28,725 bases of DNA from a virus (Duplodnaviria > Caudoviricetes): positions 1 through 28,725 of the IMG/VR virus record IMGVR_UViG_3300027769_000106, one strand, 5' to 3'. Position numbers and translations under genes: made by a program. Shown in pieces: positions 6,868 through 16,232 of this stretch (its first letter is position 1; every line of letters starts with the position of its first letter). Under the pieces are notes generated by a model, which saw only the letters and a list, made by a program, of their open reading frames with translations, was not told where the DNA came from and ran no database searches.

Positions 6868-7635
6868 TCAATAACCTAGTTGTTCACATGCTACAATCCA
6901 TTGTTTCACTAAGCTACTACGGACAATATCATCTGGTGTAAAATAAATCTCCTGGAAAGATGGCATCTTCCGAGCCACTTCTAAGAAACTATGAAAAGCT
7001 GTTTGGTCTTTATTACTCTTAATTAGGTCAGTTTGTTTGAAGTCACCTGAAAATATAATCTTAGACCTGTGGCCAACCCTAGTAATAATTGTGTTAACTT
7101 CCGACCAATTCAAATTTTGATTTTCATCAACTAGAATAATAGCATCATCAATAGAAATACCACGAATGGCAGTAGTAGATATGAATCGAACATGCCCCTG
7201 TTCTTTTAATCTATCCCACGCATCGTTTCTACCAAACAATGTGGCAGAAATTTCTTTGTATGGCAATTCATAGATTTCTTGTTTTTCGTTCAAGTCACCT
7301 GGTAAAAAACCAACATCACGCAATTGAACAAGTGATCGTACAACCACCACTTGTTTAAAAGAATTGGATTTATCCAATACTTCTTCTAGTGCTTTATATA
7401 GTGCCAAAAAAGTTTTGCCTACCCCAGGACTACCAAATAGTCCCATGAAGTAGGCACCGCCTTTATACATTTCAAAGAATAATCTTTGATTCTCTGTTAA
7501 TGGTTCAAATGTCTTTAAATGATCCGGTTTAATTTTCAGTGAATTTGTTGATACTGGTTGATGCCTAGTTTTATTTTCATCATCCTGCAATTGCTCCGCT
7601 GCGTATCTGGCTGTCGTTTTTTTTGTAACCATCAT
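6868..7635 (-). CDS. phoH: PhoH-family ATPase
   Basis: GSPGVGKT Walker A, VRS, GFLPG, RG, DENQN, ITRVG, SGDFKQTDL, DIVRS. Confidence 0.95.
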   Translation of the reverse strand: MMVTKKTTARYAAEQLQDDENKTRHQPVSTNSLKIKPDHLKTFEPLTENQRLFFEMYKGGAYFMGLFGSPGVGKTFLALYKALEEVLDKSNSFKQVVVVRSLVQLRDVGFLPGDLNEKQEIYELPYKEISATLFGRNDAWDRLKEQGHVRFISTTAIRGISIDDAIILVDENQNLNWSEVNTIITRVGHRSKIIFSGDFKQTDLIKSNKDQTAFHSFLEVARKMPSFQEIYFTPDDIVRSSLVKQWIVACEQLGY

Positions 7636-7771
7636 TTCTCCCTTGGACTAGTGCTGAAACTTTTTTGGAGTTATCGGATTCTTTTTTCTTCCGATTTTTA
7701 TTCAAATTTTTTGACTGAGTATTTTCCTCAGTTTTCTTTTTAGGTAGAAATAGGGCGGGGATTTGAGGCAT
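7580..7771 (-). CDS. Possible small Lys-rich protein overlapping the phoH start
   Basis: ATG overlaps the upstream stop (TAATG) and fills an otherwise empty 135 bp gap, but overlaps phoH by 56 nt. Confidence 0.4.
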   Translation of the reverse strand: MPQIPALFLPKKKTEENTQSKNLNKNRKKKESDNSKKVSALVQGRNDGYKKNDSQIRSGAIAG

Positions 7772-8046
7772 TACCATTCTCTTTGCATCTTGGTTTTATG
7801 GCCACCCATCGTATTTCCTGGAATGGTTTCTTTCATACGATTGATGACATACTTCTCAAATGCGGAGTCGGCCTTACCAACTCCTGGTGTGTCCATACGC
7901 ATACCATCCCCAAAGCCAGGCAGGCCTTCGGGACCAAAGTATCGTTCTAGGTGGGTGTTGTTTAGTTTAAACTCATCATACTCTGCAAGGCGCATCGTAT
8001 GTTCTTCAATTTCATTTGTGTTTTTATTCAGAAATGTGTAAATCAT
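7771..8046 (-). CDS. T4-like phage protein, FmdB-like without Cys
   Basis: MIYTFLNKNTNEIEEHTMRLAEYDEFKLNNTHLERY...F.KYVINRMKETIPG; upstream of phoH. Confidence 0.7.
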   Translation of the reverse strand: MIYTFLNKNTNEIEEHTMRLAEYDEFKLNNTHLERYFGPEGLPGFGDGMRMDTPGVGKADSAFEKYVINRMKETIPGNTMGGHKTKMQREW

Positions 8047-8606
8047 GTAGTTTGGAACCAGTTTGGAACAGGTCGTGAGTTAATCTTACCTCGCCATGAG
8101 GCTAGGTGCTGTTTATTATTTATATAGTAATTCTTGTAGGACGCAATAGAATCACCTGCCACTTTTACATCATCTGGCATAGCTGGTGTGGGTTGTGTAA
8201 ATGTAACTGTAACTGGTGCTATGTTCATTGGTGGATACATCAATTCTTCTTCAAGACCAGATAATTGAACTTTGTGAACTTTACCATAACGATACGTGTA
8301 CTCATGGCACAATTCTGTCAACAGTTTAGACAACCAAACATAATTTGCGTAAGACTGCCTACACCAAATTGCTGAAGGATGATTGATATGTGTAGCAACA
8401 TAGAGCTTAGACTCACGGTTGTCAGGAAGAACATATCTAGTTTGTTTTCGACCAGTTTCAGAGAGGCCAACAGACAAAGTGCCATCAAGAACACGATGAG
8501 CAGTAGAAAGTAATTGAGCATATTCAAGGATCATTTTAATGCAATGTTTATCATTGTGCATTTCTGCACAAACTTTTGGATCATTGTCGAGATAAAAGAT
8601 ATTCAT
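8043..8606 (-). CDS. Pyrimidine-dimer DNA glycosylase (DenV-related) family protein
   Basis: MNIFYLD..P..CAEMHNDKHCIKMILEYAQLLSTAH, THINHPSAIW, EYTYRYGKVH, PAMPD. Confidence 0.85.
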   Translation of the reverse strand: MNIFYLDNDPKVCAEMHNDKHCIKMILEYAQLLSTAHRVLDGTLSVGLSETGRKQTRYVLPDNRESKLYVATHINHPSAIWCRQSYANYVWLSKLLTELCHEYTYRYGKVHKVQLSGLEEELMYPPMNIAPVTVTFTQPTPAMPDDVKVAGDSIASYKNYYINNKQHLASWRGKINSRPVPNWFQTT

Positions 8607-8854
8607 AGTGGTTCTATCAGTCCGCCGTGTTTGTCAAATCTAATCCGAGGCACATCAGTCCAACCTTGTTTTACTGTGCCGTAGCCGTTTTCATCATGTT
8701 CCCAAATATGTGTTTGGAGTTTCACCGTTGCAACTTGGCCATCATCACCAAGAATTTCAACAACTCGAAAATCATATGACAATGGTTTTACAAAATCAAT
8801 AGCAATCGGGGTTGGTGTCGGTGGGTAAATTTTTTTACTAGTTAAATTAATCAC
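8603..8854 (-). CDS. Hypothetical protein
   Basis: 83 aa, 4 nt overlaps with both neighbours. Confidence 0.7.
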   Translation of the reverse strand: MINLTSKKIYPPTPTPIAIDFVKPLSYDFRVVEILGDDGQVATVKLQTHIWEHDENGYGTVKQGWTDVPRIRFDKHGGLIEPL

Positions 8855-9138
8855 ATTAACATCCTAATTAAGCCAATGGTATCAATAGATGTGAGCAAGA
8901 TGTAGTTAGCCAACATGCCAAAAGATTTCCTAGTCCAAGAAGCCCAAGCATAGAGGGCACAGCCAGTAATCCAAACAGGATAGAGAGACAATAAAGGCGG
9001 GTTTGGGACTGTGAGAGCCATAGTAATCGAGCAACCAATGCTGATAGCCCAAGCAAGCAACTCAATAGCAAACCGAATTCTATTAGACTTAAAATCATCT
9101 CTAATCCATTCAAAGGTTGGTCTAAACAACTCTAACAT
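8851..9138 (-). CDS. Small membrane protein (about 3 TM)
   Basis: Three hydrophobic segments; TAATG coupling at 9138. Confidence 0.75.
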   Translation of the reverse strand: MLELFRPTFEWIRDDFKSNRIRFAIELLAWAISIGCSITMALTVPNPPLLSLYPVWITGCALYAWASWTRKSFGMLANYILLTSIDTIGLIRMLM

Positions 9139-9398
9139 TAACAACGACCATCATCATCATTTGAATCATCTTGAAATGTTTTTCGAACCAACTCTATTGT
9201 GTTAGCATCAGTATCATTAACAATTTCAAGTTGGCCATCAAAATGAAAACCAAGGCCTCGCAAGAAATCTTGAAATTCAGAGAGCACTACTTCAAGGTCC
9301 TCGGCTTCAAACTCCATAGTCAGTTTTGTTCCACGGTGTTTACTGTTGATAAGACTGTATAGAGGTGCTTCATGCTCTGCCGTGAATACAAACTTCAT
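9138..9398 (-). CDS. Hypothetical protein
   Basis: EFEAEDLEVVLSEFQDFLRGLGFHFDG; coupled to neighbours. Confidence 0.75.
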   Translation of the reverse strand: MKFVFTAEHEAPLYSLINSKHRGTKLTMEFEAEDLEVVLSEFQDFLRGLGFHFDGQLEIVNDTDANTIELVRKTFQDDSNDDDGRC

Positions 9399-9679
9399 AG
9401 TTTTGGAATTTCCAATTCAAGTGTTTTATCTTTTTTGCTTGCTTTGGTTGGGAATCGTCTTTCAATATCTTCAGCAGATACTGTCTGCATAGCAAACTGT
9501 TTGAATTCACTATAATCATTAGTTACTCTCATAGAATTCTTAGAATTCATTCCCGCACTATCTAATGTAAATAAAGCACAACCACCTGCAGCCAATGGTG
9601 CAATTTCAATGATGTGTTCTAAGTTAACAATAACTGGACAACCTTTTTCAACAGAATTAACTTCAACAAATAAACTCAT
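9395..9679 (-). CDS. Hypothetical protein
   Basis: 94 aa, SD AAGGAG. Confidence 0.75.
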   Translation of the reverse strand: MSLFVEVNSVEKGCPVIVNLEHIIEIAPLAAGGCALFTLDSAGMNSKNSMRVTNDYSEFKQFAMQTVSAEDIERRFPTKASKKDKTLELEIPKL

Positions 9680-9688
9680 ACTAACTCC

Positions 9689-9931
9689 TTATTTTTTATC
9701 ACAATCAACGACACGAATCAAATACACAGTAACATCGGTATCTGGCCTCACAAAAAAACATTCACCTTTGATTGACCAGACAAGATGGTTTTGAATGCCA
9801 TCTTTAAACTCTTTCAATGGTTCAGGTGGTTTACTTTTCGATGTTGCACCCATATATATGAAACAAATCAGAGCAGCAATAACCAATGAAGTGAAAGCCC
9901 ATTCTTTAATAAATTCCCAAATTTTACGCAT
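9689..9931 (-). CDS. Hypothetical membrane-anchored protein
   Basis: N-terminal TM segment, two C-terminal Cys. Confidence 0.7.
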   Translation of the reverse strand: MRKIWEFIKEWAFTSLVIAALICFIYMGATSKSKPPEPLKEFKDGIQNHLVWSIKGECFFVRPDTDVTVYLIRVVDCDKK

Positions 9932-10172
9932 AAATTTTCCAAATAGCTACACAAGCAATAGAACCAAAAAATAAAGTGAATAACGTATAAAAAGCCAGTA
10001 ATTCACACCTCTCTTTATAGTATTCAATTTCCCGTTTCACCATATCACGTTGAGCAACCAATGTAACTGGTACATCATTGTCGTGATGCCTTGAACCACC
10101 CATCATTAGAATGGTCTTTTCAATTTCTTCTAAACGGCGAATTGCCGAAACATAATGTATAACTGATAACAT
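9924..10172 (-). CDS. Hypothetical protein with C-terminal TM
   Basis: 82 aa, in operon register. Confidence 0.7.
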   Translation of the reverse strand: MLSVIHYVSAIRRLEEIEKTILMMGGSRHHDNDVPVTLVAQRDMVKREIEYYKERCELLAFYTLFTLFFGSIACVAIWKIYA

Positions 10173-10173
10173 A

Positions 10174-10323
10174 TTACCAATGCCTTATAACGCTTGCCAC
10201 AATGAAAATGTTTGTGGTGATGTATGATAACACAATTAGAGTTCTAAGGCAAGCGATAATGTTTGCCTCACGGTCGGTGGATCCTGCCTTCTCACCCAAG
10301 GCTTTTGCCCACAGTCTCCACAT
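10174..10323 (-). CDS. 49 aa membrane peptide (not in ORF track)
   Basis: MWRLWAKALGEKAGSTDREANIIACLRTLIVLSYITTNIFIVASVIRHW; fills the gap exactly, TGATG coupling. Confidence 0.75.
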   Translation of the reverse strand: MWRLWAKALGEKAGSTDREANIIACLRTLIVLSYITTNIFIVASVIRHW

Positions 10324-10829
10324 CACTCAATGAAACCTTCTTCCGTCTGTGGAGGTGTTCTAGGTTCTGCATCCGACCAACGGTATTCATAGATGGGTTT
10401 ATCCCGTGGTGTATACGGAAAGGTTACCGGTAATTGACATCCAGCACTGGTATAATATGATTTATATGTATGGCCTTTTTCGTCACGGTACCATTCCCAA
10501 TAGACTTTGCCGTCAATGTCATAGCATTCACCATTCGAATCTTTGAATACTGATGAACATCGTTTGTTTTGAAACCGTGGTTCACCTTTATAATCACTAA
10601 TGTCTGTCCATTCATCATCTTCACCGGTCAGTGGTGATATAGGTTTGAAATCCAACAATTTAGCCAAAATGTTTAGTGCGTATCTACCAGAAAATCCAGA
10701 ATGACCTTCTTCAGCAAACACCTCGACCATTTTTAGAATGTGTCCACGCATCGCACCGTTGTATTCATCTTCGTGGGTTAAACCAATACGATCTAACTCA
10801 GATTCTGCATAAGATACTAAATTACTCAT
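10323..10829 (-). CDS. Hypothetical phage protein
   Basis: VFAEEGHSGFS, PISPLTGEDDEW, QNKRCSSVFK; start at MSNL avoids overlap. Confidence 0.8.
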   Translation of the reverse strand: MSNLVSYAESELDRIGLTHEDEYNGAMRGHILKMVEVFAEEGHSGFSGRYALNILAKLLDFKPISPLTGEDDEWTDISDYKGEPRFQNKRCSSVFKDSNGECYDIDGKVYWEWYRDEKGHTYKSYYTSAGCQLPVTFPYTPRDKPIYEYRWSDAEPRTPPQTEEGFIE

Positions 10830-10831
10830 AA

Positions 10832-11545
10832 TTAATCCCACAATCCTTGGTAGTATTTGCCAAACAAACGGAATCCGTTGGCCATTCTTTCTTCAACTTT
10901 CTTGATACCATCATAATCACATACGTAGGTATCATTTGGGCCCCGCCTCATTTCGGTGTACTTGTGTTCACCTTTAGGCACTTCGTTGCCCTTAACATCC
11001 ACAGGCACCCACAGTATATCATGTTCACCTGAACGGTATGCATCTTGCCAAGAATCATCTACCTTGTGTTCAAATGCAAAAATGATTTCATCAAGAACAT
11101 ATACCCAACGCTTGTGGTGATTAAGATCGGTGTCCCATTCGTTTTCTTTAGGCCAGCAAGCCCAAGACTTCAATTCGGTAGGAACATCATCATCATCAAC
11201 AAACGGACTACCGTGTTGATTTGCTTTCAACTGCTTCAACATTGGCAGAATGATATTGGATAATGTATGATCCATATTCCAAGTGTCCCACTTATCAATC
11301 TTCACATAATTGATTTGTGGGTGAATAAAGTCCAATACACGTTGAATTGCACGGCTGATAGGTGTCAAACGGTCAGCCCACTTTTCAACCCATTCTGGAT
11401 GGTCAACATACGGAAGCTGTTTATCAAAGAAACTAATACTTTTATCACGGCTGCACTTAGACCAGTCAGTCCAAAAGAACATATAGTCCAAAACGGTGTA
11501 TGGGCTAATCCAGTGATTGCGGTAGTTTGATTTGTAAATCTTCAT
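10832..11545 (-). CDS. Hypothetical phage protein, Trp-rich
   Basis: DKWDTWNMDHTLSNIILPMLKQLK...RW.YVLDEIIFAFE...GFRLFGKYYQGLWD. Confidence 0.8.
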   Translation of the reverse strand: MKIYKSNYRNHWISPYTVLDYMFFWTDWSKCSRDKSISFFDKQLPYVDHPEWVEKWADRLTPISRAIQRVLDFIHPQINYVKIDKWDTWNMDHTLSNIILPMLKQLKANQHGSPFVDDDDVPTELKSWACWPKENEWDTDLNHHKRWVYVLDEIIFAFEHKVDDSWQDAYRSGEHDILWVPVDVKGNEVPKGEHKYTEMRRGPNDTYVCDYDGIKKVEERMANGFRLFGKYYQGLWD

Positions 11546-12366
11546 TGTGGAACTCTTAACATTTCTTCTATTGTAAAGGATTTTTGCATGTATGGCGAGA
11601 CATTTTTAAGTACCGATTTGGCCATATCACCATACCTACGTGGCAAATAATTTACTTTGAAGTCACAATCATTTACCAGTTTAAATTTGTCCACGATTTG
11701 TTGTACGGTGTGACCTGTGCCAGTGCCTAGGTTCTCCACCAATAGATTGGATGGTCTTTGGACTGCCATTTTGATAGCATTGCACACTTCAAGTACATGA
11801 ACATAATCACGCTCGGCGGTACCATCAATTGTATCATAATCATTCCCGTAAAGATTGAACTCACCTGTTTCCCTTGCTTTCATTAAATTGTAAAACAAAC
11901 CATCCCAGTTTGTTGGACCATAACCAGCACTACCCGTTACATTGTAAAAACGGAAGATGGTATAATCCTTGTTGTTCATTATACAATATTGGCGAATCAT
12001 AGATTCTACACTTGCTTTCGACAAAGCGTATGGGCTGCAAGGATTTTCTGCGGCACCAGTAGATGCAAAAATGAAATTATCAAAGCTAATGTTTTCCAAC
12101 AACTTCAAAGTTCCTGTAACATTGGTTCTATAGTATTCCATTGGTGCAATCATAGATTGTCCAACGTTGACCAATGCAGCCAAATGAATGACTGTATCAT
12201 AATGGTCATAGTGGTCAAATCCAGATGTAATGTCCTGCATGACAAATTTCTCTGCCATGACAGGTACGAATATGCGGTCCATACCAACAACATATTCTTT
12301 TTCCAATACTTTACATAGGTGCTGACCAATGTAACCAGAACAACCTGTTACGAGAATCTTTCTCAT
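11542..12366 (-). CDS. NAD-dependent epimerase/dehydratase, GalE-like
   Basis: ILVTGCSGYIG, HLAA, YALSK, FRFYNVTG, GTAERDYVHV, NLGTGTGHTV, RRYGD. Confidence 0.93.
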   Translation of the reverse strand: MRKILVTGCSGYIGQHLCKVLEKEYVVGMDRIFVPVMAEKFVMQDITSGFDHYDHYDTVIHLAALVNVGQSMIAPMEYYRTNVTGTLKLLENISFDNFIFASTGAAENPCSPYALSKASVESMIRQYCIMNNKDYTIFRFYNVTGSAGYGPTNWDGLFYNLMKARETGEFNLYGNDYDTIDGTAERDYVHVLEVCNAIKMAVQRPSNLLVENLGTGTGHTVQQIVDKFKLVNDCDFKVNYLPRRYGDMAKSVLKNVSPYMQKSFTIEEMLRVPQ

Positions 12367-12665
12367 TTTAAACCAAAACTTTCATCTTGATATTCAACAG
12401 AGTTAATTGATTCCATTTTCTTGGCAATATCCCAAGACTTGCAATAATCATTGTCTTTGTCAAACAATTCCAAATAGTCTTGAGCAGACAATTGACGGGT
12501 AGAAACAATCACTTCATCCATATGTACTTGTGAGAATTCTTTGAAAGATTCTTTGCCAATTTCCATGACAAATTCATCCGTTGCATGAGATTCTTCACGA
12601 GCCTCAATCACATAACGCATACGAAACATAGATACAGTTTCAACCAAATACAATTTCTTTTCCAT
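12363..12665 (-). CDS. Hypothetical protein
   Basis: Likely start MEKKLYLVETVSMFRMRYVIEA after SD GGAG. Confidence 0.75.
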   Translation of the reverse strand: MEKKLYLVETVSMFRMRYVIEAREESHATDEFVMEIGKESFKEFSQVHMDEVIVSTRQLSAQDYLELFDKDNDYCKSWDIAKKMESINSVEYQDESFGLK

Positions 12666-12666
12666 T

Positions 12667-13521
12667 TCAAATCTCCACAAATTTAAGTTTAAATTCATCA
12701 GCACGGTTTTCATGGCCGTCATAACCACGGGGATTACAAACGATGCGTGTAGAACCAATCATATAATCAAATTCTTCATGTGTGTGACCATGAGTCCACA
12801 ATTTGATTTGTGGATGGTCCATGATAAATTCAGATAAGTCGGAACTATACCCACCATTCATAATTTCTTCTTTTTGGTATCGAGGATGTGTAGATTGTTT
12901 GCTTGGTGCATGGTGACCCACAACAACAAACTTTTGATCCCATTTACCTTCAATCATCATACGAACATAAGCCAACATTTCTTTGTGATCTTCTACCGCA
13001 TCTTCTGGTGAGAAACGGCTTTCACGTTTATGGAATTTACCATCCTCATCTTTGAAGATTGTTACCCGATTACCATTTTTAACACAACGGAAGTCATTCA
13101 TCATACCCTTCATGTGTAGCAATGTGATTGGATCCTGATTGTTCATATCTGTCCACAAGGTACCACCAATAAAGATCGTATCTCTAATTGCAATTTGTTC
13201 TTTATCTAAGATATGAAGATTGCGGAGATAATTAAGGCGACTACGCAAATCTCCAATAGTGTTAGCGTAATCACCGTGATAGTGTTCATGGTTCCCCATA
13301 ACATAAAGGACATGCGGAAATCTATCAGAGCATTCTTGAAAGAATTGGTGCCATGCTTCAGAACGGCCAAAGCGGTCGAGAATGTCATTATTGTCCTTGT
13401 TCATCAAATCTTTGGCCACACAAATATCACCAGAGAGAATAAGAACATCAGCGTTCTCGGTATTCTCTAGTGAAATTGTACCAAATTCTAGGTGTAAGTC
13501 TGAGCAGATTGCGATTTTCAT
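12667..13521 (-). CDS. Calcineurin-like metallophosphoesterase
   Basis: SDLHLE, SGDI, GNHEHY, GTLWTD, HHAPS, HGHTH, NPRGY. Confidence 0.93.
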   Translation of the reverse strand: MKIAICSDLHLEFGTISLENTENADVLILSGDICVAKDLMNKDNNDILDRFGRSEAWHQFFQECSDRFPHVLYVMGNHEHYHGDYANTIGDLRSRLNYLRNLHILDKEQIAIRDTIFIGGTLWTDMNNQDPITLLHMKGMMNDFRCVKNGNRVTIFKDEDGKFHKRESRFSPEDAVEDHKEMLAYVRMMIEGKWDQKFVVVGHHAPSKQSTHPRYQKEEIMNGGYSSDLSEFIMDHPQIKLWTHGHTHEEFDYMIGSTRIVCNPRGYDGHENRADEFKLKFVEI

Positions 13522-13527
13522 AATAGT

Positions 13528-13556
13528 ATTATAACAGAAACCGGTATATATGTCAA
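13528..13556 (-). promoter_or_regulatory. Consensus sigma70 promoter, probably giving a leaderless mRNA
   Basis: TTGACA (13556-13551), 17 nt, TGtTATAAT (hexamer 13533-13528); only 6 nt to the ATG. Confidence 0.85.
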
Positions 13557-13885
13557 GTGGTTGTGTTGTTTTTTTGCGACATTCTTAGTATTTTTACATG
13601 GTCATCAGGTACCGCAAATATTCTTGCTCTAAACATTTTTGAACCATTAATGGGACTATCCATTTTTGTAAATTCAACACTTTTGCTGCTGGCCAATTCA
13701 TCCATCAATTTCGTCAGTAATCGTTTTTTAATTTCTCTTTCGGTAACTACAGAATTAGGATCAAATTGCAACAATTCAAATTCACTGAGGAGAAGTTCTG
13801 CAATAATCATTTCACCTTTGATGGCACATTCTTGTTCATCGACAGATGGTTGACTCCACCATATTTGATCGGGATTTAAAACCAT
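13553..13885 (-). CDS. Hypothetical protein
   Basis: 110 aa, TAATG coupling. Confidence 0.7.
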   Translation of the reverse strand: MVLNPDQIWWSQPSVDEQECAIKGEMIIAELLLSEFELLQFDPNSVVTEREIKKRLLTKLMDELASSKSVEFTKMDSPINGSKMFRARIFAVPDDHVKILRMSQKNNTTT

Positions 13886-14094
13886 TAATGTAGTCTTTCA
13901 GAATTCAATGTTTTTTCAATGTGTGGCAACAAACCAAGGACAGTTTTGCTGTGGCCAGATTCTTGTGCAAGACAAACCATCTGAGCCATAATGATTCCAC
14001 ACAATGAAGGATATGACACCTCATAATTGCGGACAATCTTCATCAGAAAATCCTGAAAATCATCCGTTATTGCTTGCAAATCTTCATCAATCAT
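13885..14094 (-). CDS. Hypothetical protein
   Basis: 69 aa, SD GGAG, ATGA overlap. Confidence 0.7.
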   Translation of the reverse strand: MIDEDLQAITDDFQDFLMKIVRNYEVSYPSLCGIIMAQMVCLAQESGHSKTVLGLLPHIEKTLNSERLH

Positions 14095-14453
14095 TTTTTC
14101 TCCATCTTAGGTTCTACGAATTGTTGATTTATCTCTGGGCGCTGGTCATGTTGCTCTTGTTGGTGAAACCGCATGTTAAAATTAAATGCGTTAGTTATTG
14201 AATTCCACAGTGCATACAGGGGAAAGAAAATGATAGCCAAGCCAATTGTCATCAATATTCCAACACCAACAAATGTTTTCACATATAGAATGTAAACAAC
14301 TTCAAGCAAAAGATTCCAAAAACCTGCGGTGCCAAAACTCTGTTCATCACCACCTTCGTTAAAGGTCCTAATGTGTGTGATGAATTCTTTATTCAAAGAT
14401 TCACATTGGCTAGTCAATATATCAACCAATCCACGGTACAGTTTAATCATCAT
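14091..14453 (-). CDS. Hypothetical membrane protein
   Basis: Long central hydrophobic segment. Confidence 0.7.
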   Translation of the reverse strand: MMIKLYRGLVDILTSQCESLNKEFITHIRTFNEGGDEQSFGTAGFWNLLLEVVYILYVKTFVGVGILMTIGLAIIFFPLYALWNSITNAFNFNMRFHQQEQHDQRPEINQQFVEPKMEKK

Positions 14454-14455
14454 TT

Positions 14456-15058
14456 TTATTTCCTATCTTGCAAAGTATAATGTGTGACAAATGCGCCAGG
14501 CTTCTTCAATGCTTCTGCCCGGCGTTTCTTGTATGCAACATTGTCAACATCAAGCAATTTTTGGTCAGCAGTTTCCCGCTTGTCCCAAATGGCTTCACAT
14601 TGTTTCTTGTTGTAATCGGTATATAACAGGCAATCTTCAACAAAGTATTTTCTGTCATCTTCGGGTTTGGACATTAGGTCATCTTTGGGCCATGGCCATT
14701 GAGATAATGGACCTTTTGGATTTGCCTCTGTAGGTTTCACTGGTTTTACCTCAAGCGGTTTCTCCACAATCTTTTCCACAATCACAGGTTTCTCAACGAT
14801 AACCTCGACTTGTTTTTCCAAAACTTTTTCAACCTCTACGATTTTTTCTACCGTAGGTATTGGCGCAGGTTCTGGTTTCTTGGATGGTTGGTGATTAGCG
14901 AAAACCACAACACCAAACAAGGCCAAACAACCAAAGATAATTTGTTTCCAGTACAAATAGAAAATTGCACCAAAAATCAAAATGCCAAGAGAACCCAACA
15001 CCATCAATTCTAATGTGTGTTGGGAGATACCCGAACTATTAACAACCTCGGAATACAT
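14456..15058 (-). CDS. Membrane protein with 2 TM and a VEK/P-rich linker
   Basis: Two TM segments, (V/I)VEK(P) low-complexity repeats, C-terminal domain with two Cys; SD AAGGTG. Confidence 0.75.
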   Translation of the reverse strand: MYSEVVNSSGISQHTLELMVLGSLGILIFGAIFYLYWKQIIFGCLALFGVVVFANHQPSKKPEPAPIPTVEKIVEVEKVLEKQVEVIVEKPVIVEKIVEKPLEVKPVKPTEANPKGPLSQWPWPKDDLMSKPEDDRKYFVEDCLLYTDYNKKQCEAIWDKRETADQKLLDVDNVAYKKRRAEALKKPGAFVTHYTLQDRK

Positions 15059-15077
15059 TTAAATCACCTTTTATGGA

Positions 15078-15344
15078 TTACGGACGAGCAACATAAGTTT
15101 CACAATTAACAGCAACGGGATACATGATAGTACCATGATCCGTTTTCTGTGGCAGTGTTTGAATCACTGGACGCATTTTCGCATCAATACAATCTTTTTG
15201 TGCTCGAATGACCTCAGCACGCTCAATCATCTTTGGCTCCTTGAAACCTTGGAGTTTGGGAGTTGAACACGCAGCAATCACCAAAAACAAAACAGTAAAC
15301 ATACCATACCTCAAACTTCTATTAAACACTTTTAATCCTTTCAA
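15078..15344 (-). CDS. Putative lipoprotein (start uncertain)
   Basis: Hydrophobic stretch ending in lipobox-like IAAC. Confidence 0.65.
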   Translation of the reverse strand: MKGLKVFNRSLRYGMFTVLFLVIAACSTPKLQGFKEPKMIERAEVIRAQKDCIDAKMRPVIQTLPQKTDHGTIMYPVAVNCETYVARP

Positions 15345-15543
15345 TTAACAAATTAGCTTCAGTGAAATTGGAAACACTATCAGTCATTTCCAATTCCTGA
15401 ACCATCAATTCAGCCTTAGCCATACGAATCAATTCCAATGCATATTCAATGTCTCGGTCATCGGCTTGCTCGAGCCATACATCAAAGGCGCCATCATCTG
15501 TTTCCATAATAAATTTCAAATTATCTTTGTCCCAGTCAGTCAT
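15322..15543 (-). CDS. Hypothetical acidic protein
   Basis: MTDWDKDNLKFIM...DIEYALELI; ATGA overlap. Confidence 0.72.
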   Translation of the reverse strand: MTDWDKDNLKFIMETDDGAFDVWLEQADDRDIEYALELIRMAKAELMVQELEMTDSVSNFTEANLLIERIKSV

Positions 15544-15764
15544 TTAGATACCTTGAATCCATTATCTTTGAACAGAAGGCTACAAAGACCAGTAATACCA
15601 AGAGCTTGAATAAATTCAATTTCATTGATACCTGTAATAGCGGGAATAAGAAATATATTCCAACACCACATTACCAAAACTGCATTGAGACACATCAAAA
15701 GAATGGCAATTGATACCACAGCAGCAATCTTTGGCCAATCTAATTTAGTATGGATGTTAAACAT
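15540..15764 (-). CDS. Small membrane protein
   Basis: Likely start MFNIHTKL directly after the upstream stop; 2 hydrophobic segments. Confidence 0.65.
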   Translation of the reverse strand: MFNIHTKLDWPKIAAVVSIAILLMCLNAVLVMWCWNIFLIPAITGINEIEFIQALGITGLCSLLFKDNGFKVSK

Positions 15765-15765
15765 A

Positions 15766-16137
15766 TTAGGCCACTTCTGGAGTTGGTTCAACTGGAATAG
15801 GTGGTTGTGGATTGGGGTGAGCAGGAGGAACGGCAGGATGATTTGGTTGTGTGGCAGTAGATACAATCTTACCAACATAACGGCCATTGGCATCAAACTC
15901 GGTGTAGTTAACCAATTGATATGCGGAAACCCTACGACCTTCTTTGTGTACCTTCACAATACCACCATCTTTGCGGATGTTGTAAATGTTGGTTGATAGG
16001 CGATAGAGAACCGATTCTTGATCCGTGCCTTTGAAGCAGGATTTAATTTCATCGGGAGATACCGGTTTGCCTGATAGCAAAGTAACGGTGATTTTTTCGT
16101 GGCGATTTTGTTTACCAGAGCGAACAGTGTTTGACAT
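15766..16137 (-). CDS. Putative winged-helix DNA-binding protein with a Pro-rich tail
   Basis: LLSGKPVSPDEI...YRLSTNIYNIRKDGGIVKVHKEGRRVSAYQL resembles HTH plus wing; SD AAGGA; own promoter. Confidence 0.6.
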   Translation of the reverse strand: MSNTVRSGKQNRHEKITVTLLSGKPVSPDEIKSCFKGTDQESVLYRLSTNIYNIRKDGGIVKVHKEGRRVSAYQLVNYTEFDANGRYVGKIVSTATQPNHPAVPPAHPNPQPPIPVEPTPEVA

Positions 16138-16180
16138 TTAAGTCCTTTCAAAATAACATGATTAAAGTACCAACATATTG

Positions 16181-16209
16181 ATTATAACACATAGATGGCA
16201 TGTTGGCAA
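16181..16209 (-). promoter_or_regulatory. sigma70-type promoter
   Basis: TTGCCA (16209-16204), 17 nt, TGtTATAAT (hexamer 16186-16181). Confidence 0.75.
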
Positions 16210-16232
16210 CCATCCAGTGTTGTTTTTTTACA

